A stretch of 64,000 bases of DNA from an uncultured Verrucomicrobiae bacterium (GCA_963834385.1 CAWIBO010000003.1:32001-96000); one strand, 5' to 3'. Shown: positions 49,503 to 59,485, numbered from the stretch's first letter. Notes: generated by a model not told the origin, from the letters alone. Made by a program: numbers and translations.

Positions 49503-50930
49503 ATGACTTCCCCTTCCCCCGAACGTCCGGGCCTGCTCGCGCGCATGGCTTTGGGCATGACGGCCTGGACCGAGCGCTGGGTGCCTGATGCGTTTATTTT
49601 TGCGCTGGTCGCCACGGTGATCGTGGTGGTGGCGGGGGTGGCGTTCACGCCCTCGAGCCCGGCGGAAGTGGTGGACGCATGGGGGAAAGGTTTCTGGGAG
49701 CTGATCCCGTTCACGCTCCAGATGGCGCTGATCATCATCACCGGCCATGTGCTCGCCACCTCGCGGCCGATCGGAAAGGTTATTCGCGCCATCGCCACGT
49801 GGCCGACGACGCCGCGGAACGCGGTTGCGCTCGTGGCCTTTTTCGCCATGACCAGCTCGTGGTTCAACTGGGGGTTCAGTCTCATCTTCAGCGCCGTCCT
49901 CGCCAAGGAGGTGGCGCGCCGGGTCGTCGGGGTGGATTATCGGGCGCTGGCGGCCGCGAGTTTTCTCGGGCTCGGCAGCGTCTGGGCGCAGGGCCTGAGC
50001 GGGTCGGCCGCGCTCCAGATGGCGACGCCGGGCGCGCTCCAGCCGCAGATCCGCGACATCGTCGCGGCGGGAGGGATCGTGCCGGACGGAATCATTCCAT
50101 TCCGCGACACCATCTTCCTCTGGCAGAGCCTGGTCTCGGTCGTGGTGGAGATCGTTATCGTGACGGCGGTGATGTGGCTGGTGACACCGCCGGCCGGACG
50201 CGGGAAGACGGCGGCTGATCTCGGGATTGAGCTGGGCCGTGGCGAAATGGAGCCGCCCGTGACCGTGGAGAAACCGGTGCCGGGCCAGTGGCTGGAGCAT
50301 TCCCCCATCCTGAACTGGCTCATCGTTCTCATCGGCGGGACCTATCTGGTCCGTTATTTCATGCAGGCGAGCGAGCCGTTGAACGCAATCAATCTCAACA
50401 TCGTGAACCTGACGTTCCTGCTGCTCGGTTTTCTTCTGCACAAAACGCCGGCCCGCCTGATGCACGCGGTGCAGGGGGCGACGCCTGCCGTCTGGGGGGT
50501 GATCCTGCAATTTCCGTTTTATGCCGGGATTGCGGGCATCATCGTCTCGACCGCGTTGAGCCAGCAGATCGCGCATGCTTTCGTCGGGATTTCGACGGCA
50601 CAAACGTTTCCGGCGGTGGTGGCGATTTACTCGGCGGTGCTGGGGGTGTTTGTGCCGTCGGGCGGCTCGAAATGGGTGGTGGAAGCGCCTTACGTGATGG
50701 CGGCGGCGCATGAACTGAAGGTGCACCTCGGCTGGGTGGTGGCGGCCTACGACCTGGGGGAGGCGCTGGCCAACCTGGTGCAGCCCTTCTGGATGCTGCC
50801 GATCCTCGGCCTGTTCAAGCTGCGGGCGCGCGACATCATGGGCTACACCTTTGTGGTTTTCCTGGTGCTGGTGCCGGTGGTGCTGGTCCTTGTCACCGTC
50901 CTCGGGGCGACGCTAAAATATCCGTTATAG
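49503..50930 (+). CDS. atoE: Short-chain fatty acid transporter
   Basis: ERWVPDAFIFA, WGKGFWEL, QFPFYAGI, FVPSGG, QPFWMLP. Confidence 0.92.
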   Translation: MTSPSPERPGLLARMALGMTAWTERWVPDAFIFALVATVIVVVAGVAFTPSSPAEVVDAWGKGFWELIPFTLQMALIIITGHVLATSRPIGKVIRAIATWPTTPRNAVALVAFFAMTSSWFNWGFSLIFSAVLAKEVARRVVGVDYRALAAASFLGLGSVWAQGLSGSAALQMATPGALQPQIRDIVAAGGIVPDGIIPFRDTIFLWQSLVSVVVEIVIVTAVMWLVTPPAGRGKTAADLGIELGRGEMEPPVTVEKPVPGQWLEHSPILNWLIVLIGGTYLVRYFMQASEPLNAINLNIVNLTFLLLGFLLHKTPARLMHAVQGATPAVWGVILQFPFYAGIAGIIVSTALSQQIAHAFVGISTAQTFPAVVAIYSAVLGVFVPSGGSKWVVEAPYVMAAAHELKVHLGWVVAAYDLGEALANLVQPFWMLPILGLFKLRARDIMGYTFVVFLVLVPVVLVLVTVLGATLKYPL

Positions 50931-51037
50931 CGCGCCGGCACGGGGGGCGGGACGTTGACGTGTTCCCGCCCCATCGTAGGTTCGGGCGCGCATCGTTCCG
51001 CCCACCGTGCGCGTATTTCAGGGGCCTCTCTTTTTCT

Positions 51038-52225
51038 ATGATCAAACTTGAACATCCGCTCGACGACGAATCACGCGCCTTTCTCAAAACCGTGGAGGAA
51101 TTTGCGCAGAAGGAAGTGGCGCCGCACGCCGACAAGTGGGATCACGACGAGCAATTGCCGCGCGAGATTTTCACCAAGGCGGGCAAGATCGGGATGATGG
51201 GGATGGTGGCGCCGAAGGAGTTCGGCGGGCGCGGCCTGAACTATGTCACCGCCGCCCTGGCGGTGAAGGAACTGGGGAAACACATGGCGGCGCTGTCGAT
51301 GGACATCGCGGCGCACAACGCCCTCGCTGTCGGCCAGATCAACATGTACGGCACGGCCGAGCAGAAGAAGAAATACCTGCCGAAACTGATCAGCGGCGAA
51401 TGGCTGGGCGCCTGGTGTCTGACCGAGCCGAACGCGGGGAGCGACACCGGCGGGATCGAGACGCGCGCGGAAGAGCACGGCGAACACTGGCACATCAACG
51501 GCCTGAAACATTTCATCACCAGCGGCCGGGTGGCTGATCTGCTGGTCGTCATCGCCACCACCGGGCGGAGCGAGAAGGGGAAGAACGAGATCAGCGCCTT
51601 TATCACCATGAAAGACCAGGTGGAAGGCGTGCGAAAGATCCACACCTACGGGATGCGGGCGAGCGAGACCTCGGAGTTGCGCTTCAATAATTCCAAGGCG
51701 GAAATCCTGGGCGAACGCGGCCGTGGCCGGGAACAGGCGCTTTCCGTGCTCGACCGGGGACGGATCAGCATCGCGGCGCTGGCCGTGGGGATCGCGGAGG
51801 CGGCCTTTGACCGGGCCAATTCCTACGCCAACGCGCGTAAACAGTTTGGGCATCCGATCGGAAGCTTTCAGGCGGTGCAATGGATGCTGGTCGACTCGGC
51901 CATGGAACTCGAAGCGTCCGAAGTGATGACGATGCACGCGGCGCACCTGCAGGATCTGGAGCAGAACACGACCAAGGAATCGGCCATGGCCAAGTTGTTC
52001 GCCTCCGAATCAGCGGTGAAGATTTGCGATCGCGCCATGCAGATCCACGGCGGTTACGGTTACAGCCGGGACCTGCCGATCGAGCGGTATCTGCGGGACG
52101 CGAAGCTTTGCACGATCGGTGAAGGGACCTCGGAGGTGCAGCGGCTGGTCATTGCCCGGCACGTCCTGAAGGAAGCCAAGCCGCTGGCGCTCGCGCATCG
52201 CGAACCGCGCCAGCCGAATGCCTGA
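51038..52225 (+). CDS. Acyl-CoA dehydrogenase (short/branched chain type)
   Basis: CLTEPNAGSD, NGLKHFITSG, RKQFGHPI, QIHGGYGY, IGEGTSEVQR. Confidence 0.93.
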   Translation: MIKLEHPLDDESRAFLKTVEEFAQKEVAPHADKWDHDEQLPREIFTKAGKIGMMGMVAPKEFGGRGLNYVTAALAVKELGKHMAALSMDIAAHNALAVGQINMYGTAEQKKKYLPKLISGEWLGAWCLTEPNAGSDTGGIETRAEEHGEHWHINGLKHFITSGRVADLLVVIATTGRSEKGKNEISAFITMKDQVEGVRKIHTYGMRASETSELRFNNSKAEILGERGRGREQALSVLDRGRISIAALAVGIAEAAFDRANSYANARKQFGHPIGSFQAVQWMLVDSAMELEASEVMTMHAAHLQDLEQNTTKESAMAKLFASESAVKICDRAMQIHGGYGYSRDLPIERYLRDAKLCTIGEGTSEVQRLVIARHVLKEAKPLALAHREPRQPNA

Positions 52226-52335
52226 ATAAGGGATGCGTCCCCGTGGGACGCCACAAGCGGTTCCCATCCTGGCCTTCCAAAGGACAACGTCGCAAATTCG
52301 GTTGAGCGCGCCCGTCCCGCTGGGGAGGCTGGGAA

Positions 52336-52812
52336 ATGAAGACCGACTTTATTCTCACCGCTCTGCCGAAGGAGACGTTCGAGCGGTTCTTCGCCCTGTC
52401 GGACGGGCAACTGGCGGCGGTTCAGGGCCGGAGGATGATCGCCGATGCGGCGCCGGGGTTCCCGTGCCGCGTCAGCCTCGAGGATGCGGCGATCGGAGAA
52501 ACCGTTTTGCTTTTGAATTTTCGCCATCAGCCGGCCGATTCGCCCTATCAGGCATCAGGCCCGATCTTCGTGCGGGAAAAGGCGCGGCAGGCGCAGCTGG
52601 CTCCGAACGAGGTGCCGGAGGCGATTCGTCGCCGCCTGCTCTCGCTGCGGGGTTATGATGACCGCGGTTTCCTGGTGGGGGCGGACGTGGTCGAGGGGCG
52701 GGAACTCGAGAAGGGGATCGCGCGTCTCTTCGCGGAAAAGCGCGTGGCCTATTTGCATCTGCACCATGCCAGGCCCGGATGTTACGCCTGCCGGGTGGAC
52801 CGGGTGGAATGA
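52336..52812 (+). CDS. DUF1203 family protein
   Basis: GFPCRVSLEDA, SPYQASGPIFV, LHLHHARPGCY. Confidence 0.85.
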   Translation: MKTDFILTALPKETFERFFALSDGQLAAVQGRRMIADAAPGFPCRVSLEDAAIGETVLLLNFRHQPADSPYQASGPIFVREKARQAQLAPNEVPEAIRRRLLSLRGYDDRGFLVGADVVEGRELEKGIARLFAEKRVAYLHLHHARPGCYACRVDRVE

Positions 52813-52834
52813 CGGAGAATGGTGTGAGGGCGTC

Positions 52835-53700
52835 TCATCGCGACGTCCCGCAGGTTGTCTCTCTCTGGAACTGCGGGTGTTGACGGATGGCGTGCGCGAA
52901 GTCGGCGTGATCCGACGGGTCGATCTCGTCGGGAAACTTCGCCTGGGAACGCTCCCAGCGCTCCAGCCAGGTGTGATCAAGCAATTCCCGGTCGTGCTGG
53001 GGAGCCGTCGGCGTCAGCGCGATGGTGGTCTGTTCCTTCAGGCCCATGGCGGTGCCGCGCGCGACAAAGAAACCGGCGGCGAGAAGGCGGGCGCGCACGG
53101 CGGTGGAACGGCTGTAGGTGAAAAGTTCGACGGCCCGGTGGCCGCAGACCGCAAAGAGTCGGCGGAAGGTGGCGAGCGTCCAGGCGTCCCCGGAAGTTTT
53201 TCCCGAGAACATGTCGTAAAAGATGAGGTCGGGTGGAGTTGCGGCCTCCGGGATGGTGGCCGGGAAGTCACCGGAAACGAGGGACCAGCTTACGCCGGGA
53301 TGATGTTTTGATTCCCAGGCGCCGTTTCCGAGGAGCGCGGGCGGCCCGGCATGGCGCAAATAGGGGAAAACGTTCCGGTGCAACAGCGCAAGCCGAAGCG
53401 AATCGAGATCGTTTTCGAAGCTCACGAGGTGAAGCGGACGGACCGGGCCGACCTGCGCCTGTTCCTCGTAACAACGGATCGCGGCCATGGCGTTGGCGGC
53501 GGCGCCGAGACCAACGTCCCAGATGACGAGCGGCTCGCCCGGTTCGCGCAGGCGTTCCGCCAGGCGGGCCTGGTCGACATAAAGGGTGCGCGCCTCTTCC
53601 ATCGGGTCGGAACGCGAATGCATGATCTCGCCGGAAGCGACGTGCCGGATGCTGGCGAAACCTTCCCAGGCCTGGTGCACCTCGTAGGCGCCGAGGGATG
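52835..53700 (-). CDS. MnmC/MnmD-like SAM-dependent methyltransferase domain (probable C-terminal half of a Tgt fusion)
   Basis: GEIMHS, IWDVGLGAAAN, VSFEND, DLIFYDMFS, TYSRSTAVRARLLAAGF. Confidence 0.8.
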
Positions 53701-54869
53701 GTGCGCCGCTTCTTGTTCGGCTTGGGCGCCACGATCGGATTGTCGAGGTCGTTCTCGTGCAGGAAGGCGCGCTTCTTTTCGTAAAGCTCGAGGAAACGAT
53801 CCTCCAGGATGCTGGCGCGGATCTCGCGCATGAGCTGGTGATAAAAGTGGATGTTATGTTTGCCGAGCAACTGCCAGCCGAGCGTTTCCGCGCTTTTCGT
53901 CAGGTGATGGAGATAGGCGCGCGAATAACGGGCACAGGTCGGGCAGCCGCATTCGGGGTCGAGCTTCTCCTCCGCGAACCGGTAAATGCCGCGCCGCATC
54001 TGCAGGAACCCGCGCGAGGTGAAAACAGCCCCGCGCTGCGCGAGCTGGGTCGGCATGATGCAGTCAAACATGTCCACGCCGCGATGGACCGCCTCGAGCA
54101 GATCGAGCGGCGTGCCCACGCCCATGAGGTAGCGCGGTTTGTCCGGGGGCAGCAGCTCGGCGGTGAAGGCGCAGACATCTTCCCGTTCGCTTTTGCTTTC
54201 GCCCACGGCCAAACCGCCGATGGCGTAGCCGTCGAAGGCCATCTCGCGGAGGGCGGCGGCGCTTTCGCGGCGAAGCTTGGGGAAGAGCGCGCCCTGCACG
54301 ATGCCAAAAAGGGCCTGGGGCGAATCGCCGCGGGCGGCGAGGCTGCGGGCGGCCCAGCGGTTGGTCACCTCGAGCGCCTCCCGCGCGGTCGCCTCGTCCG
54401 CGGTGGAGGCAATGCACTGGTCGAGCGCCATCATGATGTCGCTGCCGATGGCTTTCTGGGTCTCGATGCTCACCTCAGGGCTGAGCAGGATGGTTTTGCC
54501 GTCGAGATAGCTCTGGAAAAGCGCCCCCTCCTCGCCCAGCGAACGCGCGTGCGGCAGTGAGAAGATCTGGTAACCGCCGGAATCGGTCAGGACCGAGCGT
54601 TCCCAGCTCATGAACTTGTGGATGCCGCCGAGTTTCCGGAAGACCTCGACGCCCGGCCGGAGAAGAAGGTGATAGGTATTGGCGAGGAGGATCTGGGAGC
54701 CGGCCTCCTCGAGGGTCCGCGTGAGCTGGGCTTTCACGGTGCCTTTCGTGCCGACCGGCATGAAGAGCGGGGTCAGCACCTCGTTGTGCAGGGTGCGAAA
54801 ACGGGCCGCTCGCGCGCGGGAACCGGTGGCCTGCGCCTCCAGCCGGAAATCAAGCCGCGCCTCGCTCAT
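53701..54869 (-). CDS. tgt: tRNA-guanine(34) transglycosylase, bacterial preQ1 type (no stop at the normal C-terminus; frame break near 53695)
   Basis: TPLFMPVGT, NTYHL, TDSGGYQ, LDQC, GIVQG, GGLAVGE, YLMGVG, DMFDC, Zn site CGCPTC...H. Confidence 0.93.
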
Positions 54870-54885
54870 GGTTTGCCGCTCTGCG

Positions 54886-56196
54886 CTAGTCCCGGGTCGT
54901 GACCACCGTCTCATCCTCGGGCGCGACCGCGAGAAAAGGAGCGAAGAGATCGAGCGAACGCGCGGGGATGGTGGCCTGGACGAGGGTGAACCCTTCCTCG
55001 TAGGAGAGGTCGAGCACGGTCCCTTCCCGATGCAGCCGGGCGAGGAGGTCGCCCCGGTCGGACGGCACCCGGAGCGCAATGGTCATCGCATCGCGCGCGA
55101 CAAAGTCCGAGATGCGCTCGACGAGGACGTCGATACCGGCACCGGTTCGGACGGAGATGAAGAGGGCCTCCGGGAAATGACGGCGCAGCTCGGCCAGTTC
55201 GTCGGGGTTCGTCACCTTGTCGATCTTGTTGAAGACAACCAGCATTCGCTTGGTCTCGGCGCCAAGGTCCTTCAGGACCCGCATGGTGGTGTTGTAAAAC
55301 TCCATCACGGCCGGTTGCGAGGCGTCGAGGACGTGGATGAGAAAGTCGGAGAACGCGGCCTCCTCCAGGGTGGCGTTGAAGGCTTCGACGAGCTGGTGGG
55401 GCAGGTTCCGGACAAAGCCGACCGTATCGGTCAGGACGAGCGGCTGCTTGTTCGGCAGAGCGATTTTGCGGGTGGTGGTGTCGAGGGTGGCGAAAAGCTT
55501 GTCTTCGATGAATACGTCCGCGCCGGTGAGCCGCCGCAGGAGTGAGGATTTGCCGGCGTTGGTATAGCCGACGATGGCGGCGTTGGGCACGGGCGCGCGT
55601 TTCCGGTCCTTGCGCTGGGTGGCGCGGGCGCGGCGCACTTCCTCGAGCTCGCGTTTCAGACGATCGATCTGGAGACGGATCTTGCGTTTGTCCTGTTCGA
55701 GCTGGCTTTCGCCTTCGCCCTTGGCCCCGATGCCGCCGCCCTGCTGGCCAAGGTGGCTCCAGGCCCGGGTCAATCGCGGCATGGAGTATTGCATCCGGGC
55801 GAGGTCGACCTGGATGCGGGCTTCGCGGGTCCGGGCGCGGGCCCCAAAGATGTCGAGGATGATCTCGTGGCGGTCGGCCACCGTGATCCCGGAAAGTTCC
55901 TCCCAGTTGCGCTGCTGCGACGGGCTCAGTTCGTTGTCGAAAATGAGGACGTCGCATTCGTTCGCTTTCGCGAAATCGACGATTTCCTGCGCTTTGCCCG
56001 ACCCGATGAGGTAGCGGGCATGGTTTTCCCGGTGAGAGATGAGTTTCCGGGCGACGATGGGAATCCCAAGCGTTTCGACGAGCTCGGCCAGTTCCGCGAG
56101 GAGATCTTCCGCCTCCGGTTTCGCGAGGGGATCGATGTAGGCCCCGAGAAGGAGAGCCCGCTCCACCATCTTCTCCTTCTGTTTGATCTCAAACAT
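54886..56196 (-). CDS. hflX: GTPase HflX
   Basis: VGYTNAGKSS, LFATLDTT, TDTVGF, NKID. Confidence 0.96.
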   Translation of the reverse strand: MFEIKQKEKMVERALLLGAYIDPLAKPEAEDLLAELAELVETLGIPIVARKLISHRENHARYLIGSGKAQEIVDFAKANECDVLIFDNELSPSQQRNWEELSGITVADRHEIILDIFGARARTREARIQVDLARMQYSMPRLTRAWSHLGQQGGGIGAKGEGESQLEQDKRKIRLQIDRLKRELEEVRRARATQRKDRKRAPVPNAAIVGYTNAGKSSLLRRLTGADVFIEDKLFATLDTTTRKIALPNKQPLVLTDTVGFVRNLPHQLVEAFNATLEEAAFSDFLIHVLDASQPAVMEFYNTTMRVLKDLGAETKRMLVVFNKIDKVTNPDELAELRRHFPEALFISVRTGAGIDVLVERISDFVARDAMTIALRVPSDRGDLLARLHREGTVLDLSYEEGFTLVQATIPARSLDLFAPFLAVAPEDETVVTTRD

Positions 56197-56293
56197 GCGA
56201 GGGCAGTATAGCAGAGGACGCGGCGTTTGCCGGGGGTGAGGGGATGAACGCGGGAACGTGCGGAGCGAAACAGAAATGGTGGATCTGCTCCCA

Positions 56294-56364
56294 GGCTCGA
56301 CGGAGTCTCGCCCTACCGGGGGAGATGAGGAGCGTGAATGGAGGATGGTGAATCGTGAATGGTG
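56294..56364. repeat. GTAG REP (minus strand) next to a heptamer array
   Basis: Minus strand GTAG-GGCGAGACTCCGTCGAGCC (56294-56316); gagcgtg aatggag gatggtg aatcgtg aatggtg (56330-56364). Confidence 0.7.
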
Positions 56365-56379
56365 CAGCAGCAGGTGCCG

Positions 56380-58218
56380 CTACACCATCGGCCGGAAACG
56401 ACCGACGGATTCCTGCAGGCGGGCGGTGATCTGGCCGAGGGAACAGACTTCCACGGCCTCGAGCAGGGCGGGGAATGAGTTTTCGCCGCGCTCCACCGCG
56501 TCCGCGAGCTTGTCCAGGGCCGGGCCGGACTTGGCGGCATTCTTCTTCTTGAACTTCTTGAGCCGCTCAACCTGCAGCTTCTGTCGCGCGCGCGGGGTGC
56601 GGGCGAGCTCGAATTCCGGCATTTCCTCGTTTCCGTTCCGGTAGCGGTTTAAACCGATGATCGGGCGGGTTCCGTCGTAAATCTGCTGTTCGTAGCGGTG
56701 AGCCGCGCTCTGGATCTGGCTGCGCTGGTAACGATTCTCCACCGCGGCGAGGACGCCGCCGAGCCGCTCGATCTCGCGGAACTCGTCCAGGATGGCCTTT
56801 TCCACCGCGCGTTCGACCGCCTTCATGCCGGGCGATCCGCTGAGCATGTTCATGGTGTGCTTAAAGATGCCTGATTCCTCGAGCAGGATGGCCTGGCCAT
56901 GCGCGGCCAGCCGGATCCATTCCTCGCTCGGGGTGGTGAAGGGCTCGTCCGCGCTGTTTGAATGGCAGGAGTTGGTCCCGTTCATGTAGGCGAGCATCAA
57001 CTCGACCGCGGTGCGGGTAAGGTTATTCTTGAACTCGGCGGCGATGAGGGACCGGCCGCTCGTCTGCGTATGCAGCTTGAACATCTGGCCGCGCGGCCCG
57101 GCGCCGAAAACGTCACGCATGCCGATGGCCCAGATCTTTCGGGAAACCCGCGAGAGGGCGATGTATTCCACCTCGAGCCCGCAATCGAGGAAGAAGGAAA
57201 GACGCGGGGCGAACTGGTCGACGTCGAGACCGCGCGCCGCCAGCATTTCCGCGTAGGCGAATCCGTTCGAGAGGGTGTAGGCCGCCTGCTGCACCGGGGT
57301 GGAGCCGGCTTCCTGGATGTGATAACCGCTGATCGAGACCGGATACCAGCGCGGCATCTGTTCGCTGCTCCACTCGATCATGTCGCACAGGAAACGCAGC
57401 GACGCTTCCACCGGGAAGATGGTCTCGTTCTGCGCCTGCACTTCCTTGAAGATGTCGGCCTGGATGGTGCCGCGAAGTTTCGGGACCACGCCCGGGCCAA
57501 AGCGGCGTTTCGCGGCCGCGATATACATCGCCATGATGATCGGGGCCGGGCCGCTGATGGTCATGGAGGCGGAGAAATCGGGCGAGCCGACGTCGAACCC
57601 ATCGTAAAGCCGGACCATGTCCTCGACGGTGTCGACGGCCACGCCGCCCTCGCCAATTTTGCCGAAGACGCCGTCGGCATCCGAATCGATGCCGTAAAGC
57701 GTGGGACCGTCAAAAGCGGTGCTGAGGCGCTTGGATCGCTGGTGGGCGCTGAGAAAATGGAAACGCTTGTTGGTGTCCTCCGCCAGCATCAGCCCGGAGA
57801 AGAGGCGGGTCGGTTCCTCGGGCGGACGGGCCCCGTTTTTCGCTGCCGGCGCCGCGGCGGACTGACCGTTGCCGCCAGGGCGCGCCTTTTCCAGGCTGCC
57901 CTGTTCGATTGGCGGTTGCGGGAGCGGTTCCAGGTACATCTCGCGGTAGGCGCCGTTGAGGAAGGGGAATTCACCGGGCAAACCTTCGCTGAAAAAATAG
58001 CGGGCGATCTCGCCCGGTTCATCGATCTCAGGGAGGGCCAGGCGCGGCAGCTCGAGCCCGGTGGGGGCACGGGTGACCGGGGTTTCGGCCTTGATCTTTT
58101 CCCAGCGCGCCTGCAATTCGCGCGCGAATTTTTCGTCGGTCCGCGCTTTTTTCACCTGTTCGAGCACGAATTTCCCGTGCTGATCCACGGCTTCGATGAC
58201 AGCTCCGAGTTTGCTCAT
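56380..58218 (-). CDS. Acyl-CoA mutase catalytic subunit, IcmF C-terminal-like (isobutyryl-CoA mutase signature)
   Basis: EGLPGEFPF, PTRLFSG, RLSTAFD, GKIGEGGV, RGTIQADIFKEVQAQN, SISGYHIQEAG, HTQTSGRSL. Confidence 0.88.
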   Translation of the reverse strand: MSKLGAVIEAVDQHGKFVLEQVKKARTDEKFARELQARWEKIKAETPVTRAPTGLELPRLALPEIDEPGEIARYFFSEGLPGEFPFLNGAYREMYLEPLPQPPIEQGSLEKARPGGNGQSAAAPAAKNGARPPEEPTRLFSGLMLAEDTNKRFHFLSAHQRSKRLSTAFDGPTLYGIDSDADGVFGKIGEGGVAVDTVEDMVRLYDGFDVGSPDFSASMTISGPAPIIMAMYIAAAKRRFGPGVVPKLRGTIQADIFKEVQAQNETIFPVEASLRFLCDMIEWSSEQMPRWYPVSISGYHIQEAGSTPVQQAAYTLSNGFAYAEMLAARGLDVDQFAPRLSFFLDCGLEVEYIALSRVSRKIWAIGMRDVFGAGPRGQMFKLHTQTSGRSLIAAEFKNNLTRTAVELMLAYMNGTNSCHSNSADEPFTTPSEEWIRLAAHGQAILLEESGIFKHTMNMLSGSPGMKAVERAVEKAILDEFREIERLGGVLAAVENRYQRSQIQSAAHRYEQQIYDGTRPIIGLNRYRNGNEEMPEFELARTPRARQKLQVERLKKFKKKNAAKSGPALDKLADAVERGENSFPALLEAVEVCSLGQITARLQESVGRFRPMV

Positions 58219-58234
58219 GGTCTGGTTCTTTCTC

Positions 58235-59485
58235 CTAGCGGCGGGCGCGCCCGGCGGCCTGGGCGCGTTTCCTGGGGCGTGGTGAGTCCGCTCTGCGCGT
58301 CTTTGCCCGGGCCGGTCTGGTGCCGTTGCGATCGCTCGCGGCGGCCGATTCCTTTTCGGTCTTCCTGATCAGTTGATAAAGTTTATCGACCCCGGCGTCG
58401 CGGTGTCGTTTTGCCACGGTGGCGACGATCTGCTGTGCGCGCTTGTTCTGGGTCAGGCGCTGCTCGATCTCGGAGAGCGCAGCCTTGGCCCGGTCGAGGT
58501 CGGTCTTGTTCACCACCACGATATCGGCCACGTCGAGCATGACGATTTTCTGCAACTGCAGGCGCGCGCCGTAGTCGGGGTTCATCACGAGGATGGTCTG
58601 GTCGACCAGCCGGCTGCGGAACGGGAGGGCTTCCTGGCCGGTGCCGACCGTCTCGATGATGACGTAATCGAAACCGGAATGGGCGAGGAGTTCGAGACAG
58701 CTCTCGGTCGCCGGGGAAAGTCCGCCGGCCTGGCCGCGGGTGGCCATGCTGCGCATGAAAACGCGGTCGTCCTGCGAATTGATCATGGTGGCGCGGTCGC
58801 CGAGGAGGGCGCCCTCGCCCACCACGCTGGGATCATGCGAAAGGATGGCAAGGCGCGCCTTCGGTTCGTGCCGGAGAAAACGGAGGATCAATTCGTCGAT
58901 CAGGGTGGTCTTGCCGGCGCCGCCGGGGCCGGTGAAACCGATCACTTTGGTCTCGGCGGCTTTCGACTCCCGATTTTGAACTTTCGATTTCCCGGGGCGT
59001 TTGCCCCTGGCAAAGGCGTCCTCGATCTCGGTGAGCTGGCGCGGGAGAGCGAGCGCCGGTTTCCCGGCCGGCCGGCTTTTCCGGCCTTTGCCGTAGTGCT
59101 TGCGCACGTACTCGACCATGTCGGTGAGGGAGGTGCCGGCGAAAAAGATCTGGTCGACACCTTTCGCCTTCATCAGGCGGGCATCATCGTGCGTGATGGT
59201 GCCGCCACCGCCCCCGAAGACCTTGATGTCGCCGGCGCCGGCCTTGCGGAGCTGGCGCACGACCTCGGCGAAGAACTCGATGTGCCCGCCGTTGTAACTG
59301 GAGATGCCGACGGCGGCGACGTCCTCCTGGATGGCGGCGCGCACGATGTCGCTGACGTAGCGATGGAATCCAAGATAAACCACCTCGATCCCGTGCCGGA
59401 TAAACTCGAGGTTGATGGTGTTGATGGCACTGTCGTGCCCGTCACAGATCGGCACCGCGGTCAGGACGCGAATGGGAGCAGCCAT
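58235..59485 (-). CDS. Cobalamin-binding domain fused to MeaB/MeaI GTPase (IcmF N-terminal-like)
   Basis: DGHDSAIN, AAIQED, SSYNGGHIEFF, GFTGPGGAGKTT, ALLGDR, IIETVGTGQ, NKTD. Confidence 0.88.
   Translation of the reverse strand: MAAPIRVLTAVPICDGHDSAINTINLEFIRHGIEVVYLGFHRYVSDIVRAAIQEDVAAVGISSYNGGHIEFFAEVVRQLRKAGAGDIKVFGGGGGTITHDDARLMKAKGVDQIFFAGTSLTDMVEYVRKHYGKGRKSRPAGKPALALPRQLTEIEDAFARGKRPGKSKVQNRESKAAETKVIGFTGPGGAGKTTLIDELILRFLRHEPKARLAILSHDPSVVGEGALLGDRATMINSQDDRVFMRSMATRGQAGGLSPATESCLELLAHSGFDYVIIETVGTGQEALPFRSRLVDQTILVMNPDYGARLQLQKIVMLDVADIVVVNKTDLDRAKAALSEIEQRLTQNKRAQQIVATVAKRHRDAGVDKLYQLIRKTEKESAAASDRNGTRPARAKTRRADSPRPRKRAQAAGRARR

Noticed and set aside
52226..52335. GCGTCCC-CGT-GGGACGC hairpin as another REP
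   Set aside because: Lacks a GTAG foot and a second copy; may be a simple terminator-like stem
53690..53705. Programmed frameshift between tgt and the methyltransferase
   Set aside because: No convincing slippery site or stimulator; the same +1 pattern in essential genes points to sequencing error, though reads are needed to exclude it
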